From Ginglymostoma cirratum (lineage: Eukaryota), in contig JAHRHZ010000062.1 of NCBI GenBank assembly GCA_024137785.1, positions 35,565,232-35,629,231 on the forward strand: DNA of 64,000 nt, read 5' to 3'. Position numbers and translations under genes: made by a program. The notes under the pieces are model-generated. The model saw only the letters and a program-made list of their open reading frames with translations, made no database searches and was not told where the DNA came from. This document shows positions 24,750 to 39,131 of the stretch, piece after piece; positions within the stretch are counted from its first letter, which is position 1, and each line of letters begins with the position of its first letter.

Positions 24750-26469
24750 CAACCTAAGATGGGAAAATACATTCGGAACTGTCTCAGACTTTTTTGGTCA
24801 TATTTTTAATTTTGGGAAAATTACCTCTGAATGGAAGAAAACCTGATAGCTCAGTTCAGTTAAAAAGTTGCTCGTAGAATTAGGTTCTTGCTGAGGCGTG
24901 ACTAACAAGTGGCAAAGTGGGAGAGATGTCTTGTAGTTGTATATCTTGTATCTGCACAGTGGCAAGGTATGGTAACCATCTCCCAGAGGGGAGGTATCCA
25001 GAAAGCTCAAGCGACATAATTATGGTCAATTTGCAAGTAACCCCTCAAGAGTGGATTTCTACAAATCTCACTGCCATTTATGATTTCACTATTGCAAAAC
25101 AGGTCATTTGGTGTGACAGCATGTGTTTATGTTCTAAATCAACCAGCTCCCAACCCATCCCCTTCATCTCACCCAGTCAATATATTTGTAATGATCAACT
25201 AGACTTGCATTAAAGTTTGCAATGACATTGAAAAATTAATATTTTTGTAACAAATTGTAATGTAACTTCAAGCCAAACGTGCATGTTCCTAAAACATCGA
25301 ATAGTGTGGCACAGCCTTTACATGCAGATAGATTGGACGATCCCTATTATATTTGTTAATAGATTTACAAAGTGGCATTGCAGAAAAATGTTTTTTGTCC
25401 TCAAAATATTTAAGTTTGTCAGAGATGACGTATGTTAGAATACAAATTGTACAATTTCACAATACTTTAATGAGATTAAAAACCGACGGTAGTTCAGAAC
25501 AGAATAGCCTCAGCTAGGCAAGATTTTAAGAAAAGATCTCTGACGCTGTACCTTCCTATATTTGGAGTTCAAGGTTTTTAAATTCTACTTCCTTGTGCAA
25601 GTAGAATTCCATTCACATGACACCTTTATCAAAATGACCATTAAAGTTCCCATAATTATTTTTTTAAAAAATTAACAGAAATCAACAGAAATCTAGTAAA
25701 CCAAAGGACAATATATATTCTCACCTGACAGCAATCATAACTTTGTAGTTTCCAGTAAAGATTTAGTATTAAAACTGCATATGTACCCCGCTACCTCCAC
25801 AAATTAAACAGTTGCACCTTAATCTTCAAGTTAGAAAAATTGGTCCACCAATAAATTAATCAGATTTCCTACTATAGCCAAGCATAAAACAAATACAGAT
25901 AAATCAGTCAGGGCCTGGGGAAAGTGTGAATACACATCATATATTCCTTCATTAAGCATGAAAATTAACGTTTCAAACCACCTAACTATCACTCATGCAC
26001 ATTAGGCACAGCGGGTTTTAAGAGCCTGAATTATGAAAACTTTTCAATTTTTCATATGTCTTACACTGATGCCATTAAAATGCATTAAAAGAAAATGTAG
26101 AGCTGGCCTCAGTGAGGATAAGTAAATCGAAATTACAATGAAGCACCAAGCAAAATCACATTGTTTCATACTGCACTTAAAATTTTGGACAGGATCTTAT
26201 CCCATTGTGATCCAGCATAATTGCAGGAAATGCCAAAACACATTTACTGCTCCTGAGGACATACGCATTACAAAGGGCTAAGATCCATTCAAGGGTAGGA
26301 AACAATAGACAGGCCTAAAATAATAAGCATTTGTACATGAGTTTTCAGTCTTTTAGACGAGATATTTTCTTCACATCCAATGTACTATGCTTCTGAGTGA
26401 AAATACACGGGAGATTCCACCCTTTGTTTTTAAAGTCCTGAAGCAGAATACTGTTGTTTGAGTTTGCAG

Positions 26470-27460
26470 TCCTGCTTTTCTTCTGCAGTCCCTTTGGATC
26501 GAGGATGACATGCTTCCTGTCTGGTTCAATGTGTTCTAACATGATTGGTTATTCCAATGCATGATCTGCCATGTCAGGTAGCTAGTGCTTGAAGGATTGG
26601 GTTGGTAGGGTTTTTGGAGGTTTATGTGTCCGTCTGATACCTCAATTTCACGTCTGTACGTTCTCAACAAAGTCTCTTGGCGTAAGCACCTTCCTGAAAT
26701 GAGCCCCTCCTTTATTGGTCAGTTCTCAAGATAGAACCTCCTATCACTAGGCAGGTATGTTTGACCTCTTCAGAAAAACTTTGATGGCATCCAGAAGCTT
26801 TTCCATTGCCCTCCTGGAAGTCTATAGCCATGACTAAATTTCAGTTCGGGCAATTGTGTCAGCAGTCTGTTGCCAGGCATATGAACAGAAATGTCCCACA
26901 TATTGGTGTCCCTAGCACCTTGATACTGGGTAAGATGACTGTTGTTGGACTACCTTTCTTCCCATTAGATTTCCAAAATCTTGTGAACACTGTGGGTTGT
27001 TGCCTTGAGGTACCTGCTGTAGATTTTCCAAGTCAGTAGTAGCACAAAGGTTACATATAACCAGTAAAAAAAAAAATTACTTTAGTCTCGGGTTTCAGAT
27101 CTTTATCGCAGATACACTTGTCTCAGTTGCCTGAAGGCTAAGCTGATGCATGGGAGGCATTAATTAATTTTGGATTCCATAAATAGGGGGCTCTCAAGAT
27201 GCAGAAGATACTCCATGTTTTTCAGGATTCAGTCATTGAGCATAACTGATGGAGGCAAGTGTTTTGCTGCAGGAATTTTGCTAGTGAATCATTACCAAAT
27301 GGAGATGTTGATCTTCTGCTGGAAGCCCCACTCCCCCATGTCTCAGTTGGGACTGCGGCATTGATGTCGAACTACATTGGCAGTACAGGGCTCAGAATAC
27401 GTCACTACCGTTGTTCATAATGGTCCTGACATCCTAGTCCCAGACTTCATTTGGACAAGT
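26470..27460 (-). mobile_element. Probable decayed LINE (RTE- or L2-like) fragment
   Basis: Begins with 'ttcttctgcagtccctttggatcgaggatgacatgcttcc', which resembles a LINE 3' end in reverse. Composition is coding-like but no intact motif was read. Confidence 0.4.
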
Positions 27461-28980
27461 GGAAGATGTCTGTGTGAGATTTTTTTAACATGTGATTGCA
27501 CGCTGACTACTACATGATCTCTGCAAAACAGAGCCTTGGTCCAGTGGCAATGGCATTCCAAAATGTTCCATTGTATTCACTTCATCCCAATGGGATTTTG
27601 ACATGTCAGTACAGAAGATCATTACATAGCTGTACAAATATGAAGACCTCAATTCACACATTCCGTTTGTGGCTCGGGATAATATTGACAATTAAGTGTG
27701 AACACACTACCAATCTCGACCCTTCCAGTTATCAGCTCATCATTTCAACAGTACAGAAAAGGAATGGTCGACTTATTTTCATGACTGCAAATTTTTCAAT
27801 CAAGTATTTGTTTGATGTTTGAATCAAGGGGCAGAGTGAAGTAAACAAAGAATATTCTTGTAGCAAGTTTGCCATTTTTAACCAGATGCTGAGAAAATAA
27901 ACTTGGACTTTTTCTATGTAATGAATTCTCAGTTTTAGCTGAGCTGTGCATTAGCAGGAGAGGCTAGAAAGAAGATGTAAGATATATTTTTGCATAGGGA
28001 TGTTACGTGAATGTTGCCTTTTCTGTCGTAGGATTTGCATCCTGAGTTTGACCGTCAAATTAGTCTGACTTAGCTCTGACTTAGTGTGAGAATTCTTATG
28101 CAGAGCAATGAAACTGTGTCCTGATTTACCTGCTCTCCCTCGACACTGCAGTGGTATAAAGTACACCAGCAGAATAGAAACAATGGCTCTCATGACATTG
28201 CAGTAGCATAAATTTGAGTCTCCATTAACAGGCCAATTAATTCACCTTTGTGGTGGGTTTGTGCACCTGCACTCAAGCAAAACAGGCTACACAAGTGATA
28301 TTCCAGAGGACTCCCCAGTTTGGATAGCTTTACACAAATACAGTCACAATCATTCAAAAACATGGCATATGGGGAAAAAGAATCTCCTCTGAAAACTAGT
28401 CCCATACACTTATGTAAAAGTATAAAATTCAAGCTAACGTCAAGTTTAAGTCCTCATTGAAAGGGCTCCAATTGGCTAAGCAGTAATTGTTCACTGAATG
28501 TCACACTGCATTAAAATCATAACGATTCTACCTTTTAATCGTTCCTTCTGTGCCAAGCTGGTCGATCTCTGCTTGTACCGCGACTGGCATTAGAATTGCC
28601 GTCAGGGTATATTTTCCTAACAGGTGGTCAGTTACTTCTTTTGGGAAATATATGATTGTAGGTACCAAGTGAGTATATGATTGGGCTCCACTGTGATATT
28701 TCTAATGATCAAATAGGCTGTTGACACTCAACGTCTATCGTCAAACATGCAGCATGGGTTTATAAGCAGTGGGTAGCTTGCTAATCTCTTCAGGAGAAGA
28801 AATGTGATGGAGAAAGTTAGGGACAAATTAAAAGCAAAGTGAAAGCATCTGGGCTACATCAAACTGTAGCATATTTTACAATATTACTTCTGGGAATGTA
28901 TCATTCAGCATATCACATAACAAGACCAGAACCTGCACCTGAAAATTCCCCCTGACAACAACACCATCTTAATAACTGGT

Positions 28981-29170
28981 AAAAGAAAACTTTAGAAACA
29001 AAACTGCTAACAGATCAACAGTAAAACGACAGTCTAATGTTATGGGAATCAACCCTTCATCAGAATACTTCCTCCACCACTATTCACTGTTCTGTAGTCT
29101 TTTAGGATTTTGTAGGATTTTTCTATTTTTATTTAATTTTCAGCATTTGCAGTCTCTTTTATTTCTTACT
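28981..29170. mobile_element. Decayed Penelope-terminus pair with a hammerhead relic on the minus strand
   Basis: Minus strand CTGATGAAGGGTTgattCCCaTAACATT at about 29035-29065; 'cagcatttgcagt' tail on +. Confidence 0.55.
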
Positions 29171-32100
29171 TTGAAACTTAACTGCTGTAAAGATAGGCTT
29201 AAATGTGTGCCTTCGTAGGGTGCAAAATGCATCACATTTGATCGAGTCAGTTATACCAGTTCTATTTTTAATATACTTTTATTTTTACAGTTTATATTTT
29301 TGTGTACATTTTATATGTAGAGGCTTGCATTTATAACATTCATTTAATTTATCCCTTCGCTTATGAGGTCTGATTGTAAAACTATTTCTACAGTGAAAAT
29401 TTCTACTGACTAATGTGGCATAAGATTTGGGTCATCTCAAGTCAATTCTTATTAGAAGATTTCATAGAATTGTCCCCAATTTTCTGGAAATGCATGGATG
29501 GCCAGAACACAAAATGAAAAATAATCACACTGGATTAAGGTTAAGATTCAGATATAAAGTAACGAGGCAGTAGAAGGGATTTTACTGTATGCTTCTGCTG
29601 TAGCACATTTGCTTACTGTGTCTGCCCAAATTGAAAAAAAGTTATCTTAAATTATCCAGCATCAAAACATTTTGTCTTGAACAGCAAAAAATTATGAAAA
29701 AAAGACGAAAACTAAAGAATATGATTTAATTAATACTCTACAGTCCCTTGTAAAAGTAAAACTTTAAAATTAACAAATGGATTATGCTACCCTTATGTAA
29801 AAGTGGTATATTTCCCCTGCCCAAAACTTGAGTGGCCTGAGAATGTCTTCTGAACACATTATGCAAGTGCATGACAATGGGTCTCACGACTGAGCCCAAT
29901 TGCCTTATGAGACTGACAGTTGATAGCAAATATGAATGTGCAAGGAAAAGACATGGAGATTGCTGTCTGAAGGCTGGAATGAAAATAAATGTCAAGTAAA
30001 AGTGTTCCTACACACCATCCTTATCTTTAGGGTTTAAGGTTTAGAAGCATTGAAAACCGGCCTGTTATTGCATCTGGTTCCTCTTGTCAGTAGCATGAGC
30101 CAGTTAGTGTCGTGTCTTGTAAATTATTTATGCGCAGGATTAAAGTTTTCCATAAATAGAGCCTGCTATATTTATAAAATTTGAAGGCAGTTTGTATCAC
30201 AAAATAAAAGAAATGTTTTGTCGTTAAGTACTTCAGTCAATCTTAATTATATTACAAGGTTTAAATTTCCTGTAACTTCATGTTAAATACCGATAAAGAC
30301 TGCAATGAAGACCATTGTATCTGCTGCTTAACAGGAGATAACAATAAATTGGAAGGTTTCCTACTTGGTTCATTATCCATAATTTATGTGTTCACACACA
30401 GCTCCACATTTTATCTCTTCGCTGCAGCAGTTAGTATTACCTGTTTGCTTAAGGTTTACAGGGCCTACCCACCAGTTGTGCAGATTCCATGAAATTGGAG
30501 AAGGTCCATGAAATTATCTCCGAAAATCACTGTAAAATTAAAGGAAGTGTGCTACTAAAATGACTGACTTTATTGTTGAGTCTTCATTTAATGCACATTT
30601 GTGACAACATATTTACCCAGGTCTGTCACAAATGCACTCTGCATGTGGCCATGCTGACTAAATGTCACTGGGATTTCCTTTTTGATTCTAGACAACTAAA
30701 TTTAATAAGTCAGCTACAGAGTCCAAGGACACTCCTGTTCACATACAAATGCTTCTAATACATTCTCCAGCAGGACCAGAAAATAATCAAAACTTTGCAC
30801 GTGAATCAAAACTCTTGTTTCAAGAAGAAAATCTGACCTCTGCTTACAGCCTTTGTTTAACTAAGCCAGAATATACATGTGATCACTTTATGCAAGTTAC
30901 GAAAAGGGTTGATTTGCACAGAGCCCTCACATTTTTCTTTTTGCACTTTATAAGTGCCATGGAATTTGACCAAAAGACCTTGCAAAAAATATTAAAATAA
31001 TAAAACACATTATACAGACCAACAAAGTGTTACAGCTTAACTAATATCAGCAAGAAGTTTATTATAATTCTTGGCCTGTTTTTTTGTTTAAAATGAAAGC
31101 AGTAGTCATTTAACAAATGGCTGTTTTTCTCCACTCAACGTGCATGTATTTACTCACACCTGCCTAGTCATTAAAGATAAGTGTATCACAATAATAATCA
31201 TAATTGCTGTGAAGTTAGTAGCAGGTCTGGAATATGATGCACATTATATTCCCTCCCCAAAATGTAGCTAAACATTAATGAGCCTCAATCGACATACAGG
31301 ATTGTTAGAATACATTTGGTTTTTCATCCACGGGCAATCTATCTTATTACTTGAAGGGTGAGATCAGTATTTGGGCATTATGCAGAGAAAGCTCTGGAGC
31401 AATATTAATTTTCAGTTATTAAAGGAAAATTAGTTTAGTGTTTCATGATTTACGATTCTATATTTTTTCTGTATCATATTGGAATTAATTTAGTTAACCC
31501 ATTTGGCTATTTATTCATGAAACATTGTAATTGTGACTAATTTTCTGTTCAGAGATGCTGCTTCCAGATTATAAAATGCTTCAGGCAAATGGGACAGTGT
31601 GTGGATTTAATGACAAGTGAAGGAGGTTGTTTGGGAGCTTCATTTACCCTCAACCTTTGACAAGCTGCTCACTTTTGCCTTCATTATTAATGTATTATCC
31701 AAGGCAGTAACAGAAAATTGTAATTCTCACTAAGGTTCAGACCAGCAAAACAGATTTATGGGCTAGTGTGGGTTTTCTATGGAGTGGAAAGAGACTGCCT
31801 GAGTAGTTCAGCTAAAGAAACAATGATTGAGTGACTGGGAAATCCAGCAGTGCCTGCAGTTTAAAATCCCTCCTGTTCCAGCATAAGCTGATTGATAATA
31901 AGGTCGCTGAAGGGACTGTATCATTGGCAATAATGGTTAATATGTAGGAAATTCATCTTCTCCATATGAGCTGCAGCATAGAACAAGTCCATCTTGGAGA
32001 ATATTATATTTTCTGACCAAATAATTTTAACATTTTATCAGTAATTGATTATCCACATTCTCAGCTTCCAATCTTTGACAGCAGCATATAGTTGGCAATA

Positions 32101-32899
32101 AAATATAATGGCTCTCAATTCTCGTCTCTTAAACATCCCCAATTCTCATGACTTTAGTACTGGTGGCCGTGCCTTTAACTACCTTGGTTCTAAGCTCTGG
32201 AATTCCCTCCTTAAAACCCTCTGCCTCTCTATCTTGCTCTTCCCTTTTAAGAAATTCCTTAAAACCTACGTCTTTTGAGTCATCCATCTCAAAAGCCACA
32301 AGCATGACTTTGTGCAAGATTTTATTTAATGAAGCATCTTGTGACAATTGTATACAAATACAGCAACCTGATCAGAAGTTTGGGCAATGAAGCTTTACAT
32401 TGGATTTGTGCCCATTTTTGCACCTGTTCTATTTTTTTTGTCATATATCCAACCGCCACATCTGTTTTTGAGTGATTCTTTGCAAATGGTGCCCATTATG
32501 CACATATTTGTTTTTGCAAATTCCATCTCATCAGTTCTGTTTCATTTTTCATCTGTTTAAAGCGAGTACTCAGGGTTGGTGGGCACCCTAGGCAATTGAA
32601 AACAGTACTTAAGAGCCCAGCATCAAATCGAAAGACACCAGTATCTCAGATATCTTTTTGTTTTGCTGCCCCTGTCTAATTTGCTATCTTTCTTCCTGTC
32701 ATTGTCTGTCAGACTGCGCCTTTTTCTCCATATTGTTTCAGTCCATGGAGTTGGGATTTTCCACTCTTTCCCACACACGAGCAGATTTGGAGGTGGAGGC
32801 GGCCTTGGACCTACTGAAGCACTTAAATAGCCATTTAAGCTAAAGCCCAGGTTGGAAGTTGGAGAAGCTTCTTTTTGGGTCCCTTATGCCCATCAGAGG

Positions 32900-33160
32900 C
32901 GACTGCTGATCTCCTCTTTCCCTCAACCCCACTTGCCTACCTATTTCCTGTAACACTTTAACCCATAGCTAATTACAGATCTGACTATGTCCTCATTAAA
33001 TAATTGTCTGTTCCAGCATCCACTACACTCTGGGCTAGTGAATTCCATGACACTCAACTTTTGAAAGAAATAATTCCCCCTCTTTTTTGTTTTAAATTTT
33101 CCACCTCTCAGTCTAAAACTATGACCACTCGCTTTTGTGCACAGAGAGGTATTTCTAGCA
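32900..33160 (-). mobile_element. CR1 3' fragment
   Basis: 'ctgatctcctct...cagcatccactacactctgggctagtgaattcca' is a typical reverse-strand CR1 tail. Confidence 0.55.
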
Positions 33161-34659
33161 GACTTTTAACAATGAGCAGTTCTTTGGACAAAGAGAAACA
33201 GAAGTTCATCATAAACCCACAGCTGAAATATGCTTTTTTAACCACGCCATTTTGTCAATTCTATGTTGCTGCCCTTTCTACTATTTGAAGCGTTTCTTCC
33301 TCATTAAGGATACAAGATTAGGGGTTTGATAAAATACCGCTTGTCACAGCTCGCTCTCTCTCTCTCTCTCAAATGTTATGGATTGGTGTGTCCTTGAAGA
33401 AGAATACAAGAAGTGTAGAGTGCTTTTTGCTGCCGTGACACGAAGTAAAATCCTGAATTCAGCGTACATCTGCTAGTGGGTATGATGACAAATGTATTCA
33501 TTAAGCAGTTATATTCCATGCAAAGTGAATTCATGAGAGGATTATAAAAATTAAGGTTAAAATACTCAAAAAAAAAAATGAACAATGGTACAAAGTTTAG
33601 TTGGAATGTGAAAAAAATTAAGAGGGCTAAAAAAGGAGTGTAAAAATATAGTAGGTAGCATAAAGGGTGATCTGAAAAGAGGAATATTTAAGAAAGGGAG
33701 AGGACCACACAGATACAAAGGTAGAAATTCAAGTGTAAAGAATGAAGGCTATGGTGGAGAAATCAAGTAAATATTCTGAGGTTTTACAAACATTGATGAA
33801 AATGAGAACAGGTGCACGAGAAGACTGCTAAACAGTTGTTAGAAGTAACTAGAAAACTTATTAATTCTGGAAAAAGAGCAATATTCAAGGTTTCTAAGTC
33901 ACTGGGCACTGATGACGTGCATACAAACAGATATGTAAATTGTGTTTGATCTTTTCTGAAGTAACCACTCTATCAAAATGGAATGGAAGAGTATAGCATC
34001 TACTGATGTTATGTTTTTATTCAATATAAGGTCTCATAATAGACGTATGAAAACTCAAATATATGGCATAAAAGGAGATATTAAGCCATAAAAGGGGATA
34101 TTAAGCCATCGATTGAACTTTAGTTACAGATAAGAAACTGAATTGTATTTTCACCATTGAGGTGGATATATTGAGCTGGAAAATTTCCAGTCTTGCCACC
34201 GTCACTTCAGGATATAGTACACAGAAATTCAGCGGTTGTGGTTTAGGGATGGAGTTGAGCCTGATTGCAGATTGGAGGTCCACAAAGAGGCTGCGAAATG
34301 GCAAGTGCTCGGTTTTAAAGGCGTACTGTGTTTCTCTGTGACTTCATCCCGGTTGTTTTGTTAAATATGAGGCCCTCACTCACTCACTCACCCTTCCCAA
34401 CCTCTCCCCAAACCCAATCCATGCTAACTTATGTCAACCTATGGTCCAACTGTAATGACTCCTCGTTGCTCCGTGTTAACTAATACGCCCCCTGATATGT
34501 CCTCTGATAGCCTTTATGCTAACTAGTATACCAACCATCCAATGGTCTGTTATAGTCTGTATGCTAGTATGACTCCCTGTTCATCTCCATGACCCCTTAT
34601 AGCCTAAATAACAGCCTGTTCCAAACCATGATTCCCCCCCTCAACAGATGTGCGTGCAG

Positions 34660-34696
34660 TCTCGCGCTCTCTCGCTCTCTCTCTCTCTCTCTCTCG
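34660..34696. repeat. (CT)n microsatellite; another at about 33349-33370
   Basis: Read directly. Confidence 0.9.
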
Positions 34697-36305
34697 CACT
34701 CACATTTGTTAATACGATGTCCATGTCACCTCCATTGGCATACCTCAGAAGCCTTGCTGAGAAGTAATGCAATAAAATTCTAAATATGTACTACAGAGTT
34801 CACTATAATCAAAATGACCCATTCATGAAGACCCTTTCAGTGCATTTGCAAGCCCTAAAATCTTTAGTATGTTACAAAAACAAATATTTTTATTCAAAAC
34901 CCCACATTAAATGCAGCTAAATCCTGTAATAACCTCACTGACTTGCCAATCAAATGGTGAACCTATAGCCCTTACCTGCTTCAACTGAGATAATGAAAGA
35001 TTATGGAAAGCAGTCAAGAGGTAACAATACTATCTGAAAGCACCTAGGGCCATGTCAATGGGCATCAAGTGAAAAAAAAAACTAGAAGATGCTTTTCCTT
35101 TTACTTTCACAGAAATAGGCAGTCGGTATTTTTAAGGGATATTGAAAGGCAGGGGATTTAAATTACTTGGCAGCTTGTCAATTTGATAAAACTGATCCAT
35201 CCTTCATGATCAGTTACATCTCCTCCATTGGGGAGTGGGGGTTGAATCCATTCCAATGGTCAAATGTGTTTCTTTTGAACACCAGGTATAAGTGGCACAC
35301 TTGAATGTTTCTCATACCATCCCCTTTCCCCTACCAGCAAAAATGTGATTTGTCAGAAATGTAAGTGGGATTTCTGGATCCAGGTCTCATCTACCATTTT
35401 TAAAAAACCTACAGAGTTTCCACAAAAATACAGCCAAGGGTAAAATGTTGACTCCAACTGTATGGTTTAGTCTAATGTCTGCCCCTCTTTAACTCCTCTT
35501 CCCTATATAACAATGCCTGAAACATGATTAGAAATGTCTTGCACCCATTTTCCTGAAAAATCTGGCACTTGCATAGTGTCATATAAGAGCAGAGCCTCCA
35601 GTTGTTAGTATGACTGCTTTAATTCACTTAGCTTTCCACCAAGTTTCCACACTGCTTACCTGACTTCTGCAGTTTTTTTCCAGCTAAATAACGATGAACG
35701 TGGGTGATCATTTTCAACCACTGCCACAACCACAAAAATCATGCCACCATTTCTGTCCCCTGAGAAGGCCACTATCTCAAGATTGTCCAGGAATATTGAT
35801 GCTGTGTTCAACACAGCCGAGTTTCTGATGCCATTGCTAACTCCTTACTAGGGTCAACTTCCACCTGCAAAACATTATCCTCCTCAGCCCATCAGCTGCT
35901 TTTTCTTACCTCCAGATGTGGTTGTTCCAACAATTTACTGGCTACTCTTCCATCCTCTGCCCTTGATAAAAAAAAATCAGATCATCAAAGTTTTCGCTGC
36001 CTGATTCCATCCTGTTCACTTTCTACGCTACATTAGCTCCTGGTCCCACAATACATCCAAGTTGAACTTCTCACTCAAATTTAAATCAAGAGAGTTTGGA
36101 CTTCACCCTACTGTAATCTCTTCCAACTCCACAATCCCTTATTTCTATCCTGTCACTCCTCTGTCCTTTCCCTCCCCTCCCTTCACACCTTCTCCATCTC
36201 TTGCTGTCATGTCTCTACTTTCTCTCATCCCTTTGTCCCTCACTACAATGCCTCTGTCCATATGACCCTCAATTTAACCTCTTCCTCCAGCCCACAGTTC
36301 TACAT

Positions 36306-36393
36306 AAAGAGCCAAAGAACTGCAGATGCTGGAAGTCAAACAAAAACAGCAATTGCTGGACCTGCTGAGTTTTTCCAGCAGTTTCTATTTTTA
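36306..36393. mobile_element. Very short inverted-end Penelope-terminus insertion lacking the hammerhead
   Basis: Imperfect 14-bp TSD ccacagttctacat / ccacaattctatat (36292-36305 / 36394-36407). Confidence 0.75.
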
Positions 36394-36662
36394 CCACAAT
36401 TCTATATCTGTACCAATACCTTTAGACCACTTGCCCCTCTGCTACTAACTCCTTCCCCAAACATTGCTCCTCTCCCCAATATCATTCCTTCCCAAAATCC
36501 CCACCTTCTTCCCCAACCCCATTTTTACCTGTTCTCATATTTCCCAATTCTCTGTCCCTCGGTGTCTCCTATGTTCTTTTGCTGCACTATTAGGGGCGTT
36601 GCCTTCAACCTGTTTTCACGTGCTAGAATTTACTCCTTTGTCTGCAAGTTCTGTTCCTCTTT

Positions 36663-36830
36663 GAAAGAAAGACTTTAATTTACAGAATGCCTTTCATGAC
36701 CTCAAGACATCCCAAAGCACTTTGCAGCCAGTAAAGTGTTTCTTTAAAGTATAGGCACTGTTGTGATGTAGGAAGCAGACAGTCATTTTGTATATGGGTA
36801 GGTTCTACAAAATATAAATGAGAGAATTCC
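36663..36830 (-). mobile_element. Deu-domain SINE 3' part
   Basis: 'aaagaaagact...gcctttcatgacctcaagacatcccaaagcactttgcagccagt' is the reverse complement of the tail of the SINEs at 47xxx and 53xxx. Confidence 0.7.
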
Positions 36831-38990
36831 TCCAAGTACCAGCTTCTTTAGCATAGTATTCATGATTTTCTTATATCTCTGTGAAGCACCTCAGAGTGTC
36901 TTATTCCCTACATTTATATAAATGTTGTTGTTTCGCTGTCTATTGTTCATTCAAGGTATATCCCCAAAGCACTTCATTTTTTTGTCTATCATAACTGCAA
37001 AGCTCAGGTTAGTCCTGATTGCACATAATCATATTGAGAATGTGATCCCAAGACCTAAATTCCTAATATTGTTCAGAGATTGCAGTCGTTCAAAGGATAA
37101 AGGTGAGATTATTTATCATTAACTGCCAAAGTCATAGTTCACACCCTTGAGACTGATTTATATTGACTCATCACTCCAAAACTATTGGTATTCTCATCTG
37201 TATGTCGATTTCTCTTCCTACGTCACCTTTCTGGATCAGTTAGCGACTAAAATAAATAAAATTTGGTATTGATTCCAATGCACATTTCTTTCCAATAACC
37301 CAACTACAATCCTACCTTTTAGTATTTTGCACAAACCTTCACTTTCTCAAACACTCCTGATGAGAGTCTCCAGCCAACTGAGCTGCATCAAACTCAAAAG
37401 GCAACATACCAAGCACTATCTGTAAACCGTTCGAGATTAAGTGAAGTTAATTTGGTAATTTGAACTCAGGCATCATACAAGCATCTTAAAAATGGTCTAA
37501 TTTAGTACTAATTAACAGCCATGCAAAGCTTTCACCCACTGAATCCTATGATGGATGATGTGCAAAAGGCAGACTAATGACTGATATGTTTATTGGAGTA
37601 GTTCAGGACATTAATAGCCCAAGATTACAATCTTCTTTACCTTGCTTGCTGCTAGTTTTCACTTACTATTTAGAATTTAGTAAATAAATTAAGAAAAATT
37701 GGGAAGAATCTCTACAAAGTAAAGTTATAAGTTTCATCTATTATCTACCTTCCATGGCTTGGAATTGCTAAATTTATTTATTAGCTAATATACAGCAAGA
37801 CAAGGCCTGACTGATAATTAAGTTATATTTCAATCAGTATACTATTTCCAGGACAAAATGATGATGCTTGAAAATGTTCAGTGTATTTTAACAATCACTT
37901 CAGATTAAAAGCCATTTGTTATCAATTTACATTTGGTAATTGCACCTTTAATTAAATATTTCACTTTAAACACCCTCCGTTTTTAAAAATTATAATTGCA
38001 GCTGATTTTATTAGCTCTAATGGGAGCTTAAGTTTTCTCTCTGATCATCAAGTGCTTTGTAAAAGAAAGTCATCTGTTTTTCTGTTCTTCTGAGGGCGTT
38101 CATTGTTATATTGGTGCACAGACACTGGTTTGCTGCTACTACAGATGGCCATTATTAATGTGTAACACTTAGCAGCAGATTATTTACCCAAAAAGATTTC
38201 AAACTTGGCCTGGTCATATCGTCACTCATTGCACAGTTCTAACAGCTATCAATTCATTCCATTCAGGTACATGAATTCTGGTTGACTTCCACATCCTTCC
38301 CAGCAAAGTTTCCAAAGTCAGAAGTATTAACCATACTACTGATCGCCTAACTGATCATATACCACTCGTCAAGTTTTCCTTGAGACACTCTAAAGTCTAA
38401 ATAATATTGCTACTCAAGTCACATCAAATACTGTGTTTAGTTTCAAGAGTAGCTGTATCTAAATGGGACCAAACTACAACAACATTAAGCAAATTTAATA
38501 TAATTCTACAACTAGACATTTTAGTTGCAGTAGTGTCGTACAAATTACACGAAGCACTTTCCTCACAGTTTATCCCACTTTGGATGTCAAGTTCATTCTA
38601 AGTTTTTTAAGTAACCTTAAATAGTGCAAATGCAATTTTTTAACTTTCAAACAAAACATGTCTAGCTAACGTGAACTTAAACATCTAAACTATGTTCCAT
38701 TTGATTACTGCAAATACCATCACCTAACCATGTGGATTTGACGGTAACCACTGACTATTGATAGACAGAAGTCTGCAGTTCAAGCAATGTTCACGTGGGT
38801 GAATGTCAACTAAAGGCAAACAAACAAAAATCAAAAGAAATGTGAGAATATATTCAGCAATCTCTATTACATGTCAGAACTGGTTTTGCATCAAGATATG
38901 TAGAATAAAAAAACTTGAAACTGAACTAGAGATAACAAGCATGGGGCTGGATGAACACAGCAGGTCAAGCAGCATCATAGGAGCAGGAAA

Positions 38991-39026
38991 ACTTGACGTT
39001 TCGGGCCTAAACCCTTCATCAGAAAT
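38991..39026 (-). ncRNA. Minimal hammerhead ribozyme motif, core intact (duplicate at 39257-39292)
   Basis: Minus strand reads AUUU CUGAUGA A GGGU uuag GCCC GAAAC GUC AAGU, with a GUC cleavage triplet. Confidence 0.8.
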
Positions 39027-39131
39027 GGGGGAGGGGAAGAGGGTTCTGAAATAAATAGGGAGAGAGGGGGAGGCGGATAGAGGATGGATAGAGGAGAGGA
39101 TAGGTGGAGAGGAGGCAGACAAGTCGAAGAG

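Noticed and set aside
31553-31608. Possible acceptor with phase-1 ORF EMLLPDYKMLQANGTVWI*
   Set aside because: No homology or supporting context; expected by chance in AT-rich introns.
36062-36678. Pro/Ser/Leu-rich ORFs
   Set aside because: Low-complexity pyrimidine-rich sequence interrupted by a repeat insertion.
37355-37385. CTGATGAG at about 37357 (also about 14982 and 47873) as hammerheads
   Set aside because: No stem II followed by GAAA and no stem I pairing.
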